From an uncultured Gammaproteobacteria bacterium (GTDB lineage: Bacteria > Pseudomonadota > Gammaproteobacteria > UBA9214), in contig CAVVHS010000006.1 of the NCBI GenBank assembly GCA_963748215.1, forward strand, positions 512,001 to 576,000: DNA of 64,000 nt, written 5' to 3'. The position numbers and the translations under genes are program-made. This document shows positions 56,878 through 64,000 of this stretch, one piece after another (positions within the stretch are counted from its first letter, which is position 1; every line of letters starts with the position of its first letter). The notes under the pieces are model-generated. The model saw nothing but the letters and a program-made list of their open reading frames with translations. It did not search any database and was not told where the DNA came from.

Positions 56878-56918
56878 GCGCCAGCATCCGGGATCCCGGT
56901 GAGAAATGCGGGCTAGTT

Positions 56919-57662
56919 TCAGGCCGATGCGCTGATCACCTCCTCCAGGATTGCACGTACCCTCGCCATACCGGTTTTCAGGCTCAGCTGGATATCCACC
57001 ATTTCGATCGACCCCGGGCCGCGCCCGGCGGCGTCGTTGGCCGATACGGCGCAGACCGCATAACACAGCTCCAGCTCGCGTGCGAGCGCGGCTTCCGGCA
57101 TGCCGGTCATGCCCACGATGTCGCAGCCGTCACGTTCCATGCGGTCGATCTCCGCCGCTGTTTCCAGGCGTGGTCCCTGGGTGGCGCCATAGGTACCCGA
57201 GGTCAGCACGTCGATGCCGGCCTTGCCGGCGCTGGTGATCAGCAGCTCGCGCATCTCGCGACAATACGGTTCGGTGAAATCGATGTGCGTCACCCCGGCG
57301 AGATCGGTCTCGAAGAACGTGTGATCGCGTGACCAGGTATAGTCGATGATCTGGTCGGGTATGACGACCGCGGCGGGCGCGATACCGGCGCGGATCCCGC
57401 CCACGGCGCAGACGCCGATGATCCGCTGCACGCCGTGCTGTTGCAGTGCCCAGAGGTTGGCCCGGTAATTCACCTTGTGCGGCGGGATGGTGTGACCGTA
57501 ACCGTGCCGCGCGAGAAACACGACATCCTTGCCGCACAGGGTGCCGATGGTCAGCGCTCCGGACGGCTCGCCGTAGGGCGTGTGCATCACCTCGCGCCGT
57601 TCGATTTCGAGGTTTTTCAGCTTGGTCAGCCCGGTACCGCCGATGATTGCCAGTTCCGCCAT
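56919..57662 (-). CDS. S-methyl-5'-thioinosine/thioadenosine phosphorylase
   Basis: IIGGTG, TPYGEPS, LARHG..H.IPPHKVNYRAN, QGPRLETAAE, VGMTGMPEA. Confidence 0.93.
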   Translation of the reverse strand: MAELAIIGGTGLTKLKNLEIERREVMHTPYGEPSGALTIGTLCGKDVVFLARHGYGHTIPPHKVNYRANLWALQQHGVQRIIGVCAVGGIRAGIAPAAVVIPDQIIDYTWSRDHTFFETDLAGVTHIDFTEPYCREMRELLITSAGKAGIDVLTSGTYGATQGPRLETAAEIDRMERDGCDIVGMTGMPEAALARELELCYAVCAVSANDAAGRGPGSIEMVDIQLSLKTGMARVRAILEEVISASA

Positions 57663-57853
57663 ATCAGTACCTGCCACGATTGTCCGGTTTAAACACGTTG
57701 TCCCGTATGCTCCCTCGCCCGGCGGGAGAAGGGGTCAATCACTGCTCTCCTGCGGCTGATGTCCCTGTGCGGCGCATCAACCGATTGCAGAACTGCCTGC
57801 CTTGCTGAGCTTGCGCTGGACTCAATCGCTGGATCGCGGCAGCGGTGAGTTGA

Positions 57854-58411
57854 CTATGAGGGCTCGCCCAGCGCGAAAATGCCGTTCAGGTTGCGCAGGT
57901 AGCCCTTGTAGTCCATGCCGAAACCGAACACGTAGCGGTCATCGACCTCCAGCCCGACAAAGTCGGCGCGGGCAGCCGGGTTGCGCCGGTCGTGGCGTTT
58001 CTGGACCAGCACCGCCGTGTAGACCACCTCGGCGCCCGCCTCCTTGCAGAAGCGGATGATATCGACCAGGGTGTTGCCCTCGTCCAGGATATCGTCCACC
58101 ACCAGTACCGTTCGGCCCGCCAGGGAGATGCCCGGCTCGGATACCCACCGCACGTCCTTGCCGCTGGTCTCGCCGCGGTAGCGCGTCGCATGCAGGTAAT
58201 CGGTCTCCAGCGGAAACGCCAGCCGGGTCAGCAGGTGGCCGGTCGGAATGATGCCACCGGTCAGCACACACAGCACCACCGGCAGCGCATCCCCGAGGCT
58301 GCGCGTGATCTCCCTGGCCATGCGGTCGAGCGCGGCATGGATTTCCGCCGGACCATACAGCTGCTCCGCGTCGGCGCGGATACCGAGAAGTTCAGCCTGG
58401 CTGAGCGGCAT
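57854..58411 (-). CDS. hpt: Hypoxanthine-guanine phosphoribosyltransferase
   Basis: YLHATRYRG, VLVVDDILDEGNTL, YVFGFGMDY..RNL. Confidence 0.93.
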   Translation of the reverse strand: MPLSQAELLGIRADAEQLYGPAEIHAALDRMAREITRSLGDALPVVLCVLTGGIIPTGHLLTRLAFPLETDYLHATRYRGETSGKDVRWVSEPGISLAGRTVLVVDDILDEGNTLVDIIRFCKEAGAEVVYTAVLVQKRHDRRNPAARADFVGLEVDDRYVFGFGMDYKGYLRNLNGIFALGEPS

Positions 58412-59501
58412 GGGCTGTTACCCGTTCCGGTTCCGGCAGGTGAAGCGTGCGGGTCGGATAGGCAATCTCCGCACCATGCCGTTGAATGATGTCACTGATC
58501 CTGAACAAAACGTCCTGCTTGATTTCATGGAATTCCGTCCACACCGTGGTGTGGGTAAAGGTATAGACGAAAAAGTCCAGCGACGAGGGCCCGAAGCTGT
58601 TGAAGTTAACCATCAGCGTCTGGGTCTCGTCGATTGCATCGTGTTTGGCCAGCATCTGTTTGATGTCCCCGAGTATCGCCGGCAACCGGTCGATGTCATC
58701 GTAGCGGATTCCGATGGTTTCATGAATACGCCGCCGCGTCATACGCGACGGGTTGACCACGGCGATGCTGGAAAAGATGCCGTTCGGAACGTAGATCGGC
58801 CGTTTGTCAAAGGTGCGGATACGGGTCAGTCGCCAGCCGATATGCTCCACCGTGCCTTCGATCTCGCGATCGTCGGAACGGATCCAGTCACCCACCGAGA
58901 ACGGCCTGTCGAGATAGATCATCAGGCCGCCGAAAAAATTTGCCAGCAGGTCCTTGGCGGCGAAACCGATTGCAATGCCGCCAATGCCGCCAAAGGCGAG
59001 TACGCCCGAGATGCTGAAGCCGAGCGTCTGCATCGCCACCAGTAGCGCGGTGATGATGACCGAGGCGCTGACCAGCTTGCCCAGCGCATCGACGGTAGTC
59101 TTGTCGATCGGCTCCTCCCGCGCCTTGTTCCGTTCGAGGACATTGGCCTGCACATTGTGTGTCAGGCGCAGCAGAAACCAGGCGATGGTGGTGATCACTC
59201 CGACGTCGCGGAGCGGTGGTATGGCGGTGAAGATCGCAGCCCCGGTCTCGACGCGCACGATGTCCGCGGCAAACGCGATGCCGACGATCCAGATCAGCAG
59301 CGACAGGGGCTTCTGCAGCGCGCCGACCACGGCGTCGTCCCAGGGCGTCGCGGTCGCCTGCAGTTTTCGATACAGGCGGTTCACCAGCAGGCGTAGCAGG
59401 AAGCTGGATAGCAGCACCAGGAACACGACGATGAACACCTGCACGATCCAGGCATTGTCACCGGTCCAGTCGACCAGGGCTTGATAAAACGGGTTGTCCA
59501 T
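58392..59501 (-). CDS. MscS-family mechanosensitive channel (YnaI-like)
   Basis: GGIGGIAIGFAAKDLLANFFGG, DRPFSVGDWI, GTVEHIGWRLT, IAYPT. Confidence 0.93.
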   Translation of the reverse strand: MDNPFYQALVDWTGDNAWIVQVFIVVFLVLLSSFLLRLLVNRLYRKLQATATPWDDAVVGALQKPLSLLIWIVGIAFAADIVRVETGAAIFTAIPPLRDVGVITTIAWFLLRLTHNVQANVLERNKAREEPIDKTTVDALGKLVSASVIITALLVAMQTLGFSISGVLAFGGIGGIAIGFAAKDLLANFFGGLMIYLDRPFSVGDWIRSDDREIEGTVEHIGWRLTRIRTFDKRPIYVPNGIFSSIAVVNPSRMTRRRIHETIGIRYDDIDRLPAILGDIKQMLAKHDAIDETQTLMVNFNSFGPSSLDFFVYTFTHTTVWTEFHEIKQDVLFRISDIIQRHGAEIAYPTRTLHLPEPERVTAHAAQPG

Positions 59502-59619
59502 AACAAGAAGTTTTCTAGGTAAACAGTTTAAATATATGTTTATACGATATATATTACTGACTTTCGCGCAGGCAGACGCTCGATAAGGGGGCGGCTGCCG
59601 GCACTGAAACCTGGCTAGC

Positions 59620-60666
59620 TCAGGCCTCCAGGTCCAGCTCCGGCTCCTCTTCGTAGCCTTGCACGGCCACCACCGCCTGCTCCCAGCGCGGTTCGGCGTG
59701 CAGTGCCTCCAGGGCGACCGGATGTTTGCCATGCATGCGCGCCATGCGCGTGTGTGCGACCGGGTCCTGGTGGCGCTCCAGCGCCTCGGCCACCTGCACG
59801 GCGCCCGGCCGGTCGTTGCACACCAGCACCATATCACAGCCGGCCTGCAGTGCAGCGTGCGCCCGTGCCGCATGATCGCCGGCAAGACAGGCACCTTCCA
59901 TGCTCAGGTCGTCGCTGAACACCAGGCCCTGGAATTTCAGCTGGCGCCGCAGGATGTCACGGATCCAGATGTGCGAGTAACCGGCCGGTTGCGCATCGAC
60001 CCGGGCGTACACCACGTGCGCCATCATCACCGCGGCCAGCCCCGCATCGATCAGGCGCCGAAACGGTACCAGGTCCCACTGCTCGATGTCCTCGAAGCGC
60101 CGCTCGTCGACCGGCAGATCGAGATGCGAATCCGCCGCCACCGCGCCGTGACCCGGGAAATGCTTGCCGGTCGCCGCCATGCCCGCGTCGTGCATGCCGG
60201 CCTGGTAGGCGGTCGCCAGCTCTGCGACGATCTCGGGGCGCCGGTGCAGGGCGCGGTTGCCGATGATGGTGGACACGCCGTAATCGAGATCGAGCACGGG
60301 CGCGAAACTGATATCCACGCCCACGGCACGCAATTCGCTGGCCATCAGCCAGCCGGTCACACGTGCCAGGTGTTTTGCGCGGGCACGATCCTTGTCATAT
60401 ATGCGTCCGAGGCAGGCGAGCGGCGGCAGACGAGTGAAGCCATCGCGAAAGCGCTGCACGCGGCCACCCTCCTGGTCAACTGCCACCAGCAGGTGCGGAT
60501 CGCGCAGCGCGTGCATGTCATCGACCAGTGCCCTGACCTGCTGCGGCGATTCGAAATTGCGCGTGAACAGGATCACGCCGCCGACCGCCGGGTGGCGCAG
60601 CAGCTCGCGGTCCTCCGCGTCCAGCTCACAGCCGGCCACATCGAGCATTAACGGTCCCAGTGTCAT
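59620..60666 (-). CDS. nagZ: Beta-N-acetylhexosaminidase
   Basis: GGVILFTRN, VDQEGGRVQR, KHFPGHG..ADSH, FSDDLSM. Confidence 0.97.
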   Translation of the reverse strand: MTLGPLMLDVAGCELDAEDRELLRHPAVGGVILFTRNFESPQQVRALVDDMHALRDPHLLVAVDQEGGRVQRFRDGFTRLPPLACLGRIYDKDRARAKHLARVTGWLMASELRAVGVDISFAPVLDLDYGVSTIIGNRALHRRPEIVAELATAYQAGMHDAGMAATGKHFPGHGAVAADSHLDLPVDERRFEDIEQWDLVPFRRLIDAGLAAVMMAHVVYARVDAQPAGYSHIWIRDILRRQLKFQGLVFSDDLSMEGACLAGDHAARAHAALQAGCDMVLVCNDRPGAVQVAEALERHQDPVAHTRMARMHGKHPVALEALHAEPRWEQAVVAVQGYEEEPELDLEA

Positions 60667-61475
60667 TCACGCAGTCCTGTGTCGTTGACCAGTCGGATAT
60701 CGAGCCGGTCGCGCAGCCGGTCGCCGAGCAGGTTCACCGCCAGCACCACGGCCAGCATCGCCATGCCCGGCGCCAGCACCATGTGCGGCGCCACCAGCAG
60801 GTAGCGCGTACCGTCACGGATCATCGCCCCCCACGAGGCCGCCGGCGGCTGCACGCCGAGGCCGAGGAAGGACAGGCCTGCCTCGGCGACGACCACGGCG
60901 GCGATGCCGAAGGTCGCCTCCACGATCAGCGGCGCCGCCATCAGCGGCAGCAGGTGACGGCGCATGATGCGCCAGCGGCTGCTGCCGAGGGCCTCGGCCG
61001 CCTGCACGTGCTCGCGGTGCTTCAGCGACAGCACCTGCGCGCGTGCCAGGCGTGCATAGCCTACCCAGCCGACGGTGGTGAGTGCAATGACCACGTTGTC
61101 GATACCCGGTCCAAGCAGGCCGGCCAGCGCGATGGCCAGCAGGATGCCGGGAAAGGCCAGGAAGATATCCACCAGCTGTACCGCCACGCGGTCCCACCAG
61201 CCGCCGCGATAGGCCGTGGCCGTACCGAACAGCGTGCCGACCAGCAAGGACAGGCCGACCACCCACAGCGACACCAGGAACGAGGTGCGCGCCCCGACCG
61301 CCAGGCGCGCGCCGATATCGCGGCCGAGGTCGTCGAAGCCGAGCACGGCCGCACGGCCGGGCGGGTCGAGGATGTGTTCCAGCCGGATGTGATTGGGTGA
61401 CAGCGGCAACAGGTCTGCGCCCAACGCCGTCAGCGCCCAGACGAGCACGATCAGCAGCGGCAGCCACATGCGCAT
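60663..61475 (-). CDS. Peptide/nickel ABC transporter permease (DppC-like)
   Basis: GFDDLGRD, AFPGILLAI, AAEALG (EAA-type) loop, AGLSFLGLG..PP..SWG. Confidence 0.93.
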   Translation of the reverse strand: MRMWLPLLIVLVWALTALGADLLPLSPNHIRLEHILDPPGRAAVLGFDDLGRDIGARLAVGARTSFLVSLWVVGLSLLVGTLFGTATAYRGGWWDRVAVQLVDIFLAFPGILLAIALAGLLGPGIDNVVIALTTVGWVGYARLARAQVLSLKHREHVQAAEALGSSRWRIMRRHLLPLMAAPLIVEATFGIAAVVVAEAGLSFLGLGVQPPAASWGAMIRDGTRYLLVAPHMVLAPGMAMLAVVLAVNLLGDRLRDRLDIRLVNDTGLRE

Positions 61476-62404
61476 CAGGCGTGCGCTCCCAGCCGGATGC
61501 GCGGATCGATCCAGGCATAGGCCAGATCGGTCAGCAGGTTCACGATGACGTAGGTCAGGCTGATCAGCAACACGCAGGACTGAACCACCGGGTAGTCACG
61601 CGACTGGATGGATTCGATCGTCAGCAGGCCGACGCCCGGCCAGGAAAACACGGTCTCGGTGATTACCGCGCCGGCCAGCAGGGCACCGAGCTGCAGACCG
61701 AGCAGCGTGATCACCGGCAGCAGGGCGTTGCGCAGGGCATGGTGCAGGATGACGCGCGCCGGCCCCATGCCCTTGGCACGCGCGGTGCGCAGGTAATCCT
61801 CGTGCAAGACCTCGAGCATGCTGCTGCGCACCATGCGCGACAGGACCGCGATCAGACCGGTGCCCAGCGTGAGCGCCGGCAGCACCACCGCGGCCGGACC
61901 GCCCTGCCCGCTGACCGGAAACCAGCCCAGCCACAGCGAGAACACCAGGATCAGCAGCGGCCCGAGCCAGAAATTGGGAATGGAGATACCGAGCAGAGAA
62001 ATACCCATCGCCGCACTGTCCCAGGCGGTGTTGCGCCGGATGGCGGCAACGATGCCCAGCGGCAACGCCAGCAGCACCGTCACGCACAGTGTCGCCAGCG
62101 CCAGCAGGCCGGTCGCCGGCAGGCGCTCCAGCAGCAGGTCCGTCACTGGCTGGCGCTGGTGGATGGATGTGCCGAGGTCGAGCTGCAGCAGTCCGCCCAG
62201 ATAGTCCAGGTACTGTGTCGCCAGTGGCTGGTCCAGCCCCAGCGCCGTGCGCAACGCCGTGCGGTCCGCCCCGGAGGCCGATTCGCCCAGCATGATCTCC
62301 ACCGGATCGCCCGGCACGAGATGAATGAGCAGGAATACGATGCTGACCACCCCGAAGATCACGAGGCAGGCACCGAACAGCCGCTGGAGGAGATACGACA
62401 GCAT
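61475..62404 (-). CDS. Peptide/nickel ABC transporter permease (DppB-like)
   Basis: HLVPGDP, SIPNFWLG, DYLRTARAKG, TETVFSWPGVG, RDYPVVQ, IDPRI. Confidence 0.93.
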   Translation of the reverse strand: MLSYLLQRLFGACLVIFGVVSIVFLLIHLVPGDPVEIMLGESASGADRTALRTALGLDQPLATQYLDYLGGLLQLDLGTSIHQRQPVTDLLLERLPATGLLALATLCVTVLLALPLGIVAAIRRNTAWDSAAMGISLLGISIPNFWLGPLLILVFSLWLGWFPVSGQGGPAAVVLPALTLGTGLIAVLSRMVRSSMLEVLHEDYLRTARAKGMGPARVILHHALRNALLPVITLLGLQLGALLAGAVITETVFSWPGVGLLTIESIQSRDYPVVQSCVLLISLTYVIVNLLTDLAYAWIDPRIRLGAHA

Positions 62405-62513
62405 CGCGCTGGAAGTATACCGGGTCGGACGATGCCGCGGGCACTGGCCTGCGGCACATGCCACCTGCGGGACCGGGGGCTGTCCCGAAGGTGACAGGTT
62501 CAGGCAGGCGTCG

Positions 62514-63005
62514 CTAGAGTCCCGGCTCGCTGGCCGGCTGGCCGGCGTGGAATTCCGTGTAGACATAGACCGGGATATCGAGGTCGCCGAGGCGGTCCTG
62601 CACGACCGGCCAGACCTCGTCCCAGTCCAGTCCGCCGACGCCCGTGGCGAGGCGTGGCACGGCGATCGAGGAAAAAGACTCGCTGGTAGCCATCTTCGCC
62701 AGTGCGCGCAGCGCATCGCTGACATGCTTCAGCGTCGCCTTGCCGGGACGTGCACCGTGTCCGTAACCGCCTTCCTGGGTCAGCAGGTTCACGATACGCA
62801 CGCCATCCGCACCGCCCCACATCCAGGCTGCGCCGGGATCCGGGTGATGCTGGTTGCACCAGTGATGGTAATCCTTGTGCATGGCAGGATATTTTTCATG
62901 CAGCGATAACGCGAGTCCCTGGTTCATGGGGTCTTTCGGCGCCACGCCATGTGCTATCGCCTGTGCCCCGGAAAGCAGAATGTCACCTGAAACCTGATAG
63001 ATCAT
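62514..63005 (-). CDS. Macro-domain (Appr-1-p processing; TARG1/Poa1p-like) protein
   Basis: GDILL, AHGVA, GLAL, IVNLLTQ, SIAVPRLATGVGGLDW; AGAGGA upstream of ATG 63005. Confidence 0.88.
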   Translation of the reverse strand: MIYQVSGDILLSGAQAIAHGVAPKDPMNQGLALSLHEKYPAMHKDYHHWCNQHHPDPGAAWMWGGADGVRIVNLLTQEGGYGHGARPGKATLKHVSDALRALAKMATSESFSSIAVPRLATGVGGLDWDEVWPVVQDRLGDLDIPVYVYTEFHAGQPASEPGL

Positions 63006-63236
63006 AAGTCCTCTGTGCGATTGTGTTTCATTAGTAAAATGCCCAGTCTGCCGGTGCAATCGAACGTACCGCCTCCGCCAGCCAGCGCAGCGCGGATTAT
63101 AGAAGTCCGCTGAATCCGCACCTTGTTCTGGATCAATGGCAAAAGTCGACCGCACCGGTAGGATCGTGCGCATGCAGACATGCCTCGTCCACGTTTTCAC
63201 ATTACGGCGCCCGGCCCGGCGCGCACACCATACGCC

Positions 63237-63533
63237 ATGTCGGCTATCGTGACTATACAGAGTACCGGCGAACGCTTCACAGTGGCCGCTGGCGAGACCA
63301 TCCTGCACGCCGCACTGCGTCAGGGCATAAAGTTACCCCATGGCTGCTACAATGGCGTCTGCGGCGCCTGCATCAGCCGGATCATCAGCGGCGCGATCGA
63401 CTACCCGGACGGTCCGCCTCTGGCACTGTTCGAGGAGGAAGCCGGCAAGGGCCTGTGCTGCGTCGGACATCCGCGCGGCGATCTGGTAATCGAACCCGAC
63501 CGCCTTGGCACCGACTGCGAGCCCTGGGAATAG
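63237..63533 (+). CDS. Plant-type 2Fe-2S ferredoxin
   Basis: GETILHAA, CYNGVCGAC, LCC. Confidence 0.9.
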   Translation: MSAIVTIQSTGERFTVAAGETILHAALRQGIKLPHGCYNGVCGACISRIISGAIDYPDGPPLALFEEEAGKGLCCVGHPRGDLVIEPDRLGTDCEPWE

Positions 63534-63568
63534 CGGCACGCCGCAAACGCCGTCACACGATATGCTCA

Positions 63569-64000
63569 ATGGATAATGCGATGCCCGATACAAGCAGACC
63601 TGTGTTTGAAGGCAGGCTGGTCAAGCTGTCAATTGATTCTGTTACCTTGCCGAACGGGGTCGCTGCAGAACTCGAGATCGTCCACCACCCGGGTGGCGCC
63701 GCCGTTGTGGCACTCGACGAGCACGACAAGGTCTGCCTGTTGTGGCAATACCGGCACGCCGGTAGCGGCTGGCTGTGGGAACTGCCAGCCGGCAAACTGG
63801 ACCCGGGTGAAGCGCCGGACACCACGGCCTTGCGTGAACTGGAGGAGGAAGCCGGCATCCGGGCCGGACGGCTCGACCGTCTCGGCAGCATGATTACCAC
63901 GCCCGGTTTCTGCACCGAGATCGTGCACCTGTTCCTCGCCCGTGACCTGGTGCGGGTGCCTGCCGCGCCGGAGGAGCAGGAACTGTTCGAGGTGCACTGG
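63569..64000 (+). CDS. NUDIX hydrolase, ADP-ribose pyrophosphatase-like (partial, runs off the window)
   Basis: My translation (not in the ORF track): VFEGRLV...EIVHHPGGAAVV...QYRHA...WELPAGKLDPGE...ALRELEEEAG...TPGFCTE. Confidence 0.9.
   Translation, partial: MDNAMPDTSRPVFEGRLVKLSIDSVTLPNGVAAELEIVHHPGGAAVVALDEHDKVCLLWQYRHAGSGWLWELPAGKLDPGEAPDTTALRELEEEAGIRAGRLDRLGSMITTPGFCTEIVHLFLARDLVRVPAAPEEQELFEVHW

Larger units (their letters stand above)
56416..56914. mobile_element. 499-bp element bounded by perfect 20-bp inverted repeats, with an internal long fold-back
   Basis: AGCCCGCATTTCTCACCGGG (56416-56435) and CCCGGTGAGAAATGCGGGCT (56895-56914); no credible ORF. Confidence 0.75.

Noticed and set aside
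56467-57066. ORFs inside the TIR-bounded element as a transposase or toxin
   Set aside because: They are short, low-complexity translations with no DDE, HUH or hydrophobic toxin features.
59515-59565. AT-rich imperfect palindrome as a replication origin or dif site
   Set aside because: No DnaA boxes or XerC/XerD consensus; it is best explained as the mscS promoter region.

Overview
High-GC chromosomal window from a gammaproteobacterium. It is probably a sulfur oxidiser of the Chromatiales/Thiogranum type; this is inferred from exported rhodanese, DsrE-like, DUF302-like and sulfur-globule-like proteins. Backbone: metH, serS-crcB-rarA-lolA-ftsK, ald, trxB, aat-infA-clpA-clpS-icd, nudJ-mnmA-hflD-acnA-purB, dusA, aguAB, DAHP synthase, mfd-csiV, MTA/MTI phosphorylase-hpt-mscS-nagZ, dppBC-like permeases, a macro-domain gene, a ferredoxin and a partial NUDIX gene. 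Two accessory operons stand out. (1) An arsenosugar/arsenolipid-type operon runs on from dusA: desaturase, VTT protein, flavoprotein disulfide reductase, ArsS, ArsM-like methyltransferase and two glycosyltransferase-like genes (28154-34513). (2) A ten-gene minus-strand operon (40367-48597) joins an orphan biosynthetic cassette ('thermostable hemolysin' acyltransferase-like, adenylating enzyme, heme-oxygenase-like diiron enzyme, TPR protein, SDR) to a QseBC/PmrAB-type two-component system and a cupredoxin-FTR1-outer-membrane uptake module, with a PmrA/QseB-type box upstream. Non-coding highlights: a five-layer nested stack of small mobile elements at 3316-3672, including a 48-bp element inserted into another copy of itself; a 499-bp TIR-bounded element with a long fold-back at 56416-56914; and tandem NrdR-like boxes upstream of metH. 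metH and the core of mfd carry many single-base frameshifts that look like assembly or polishing errors. I recognised no rRNA, tRNA, CRISPR array, integrase or transposase. All family calls come from motif recognition and gene context, not from database searches.
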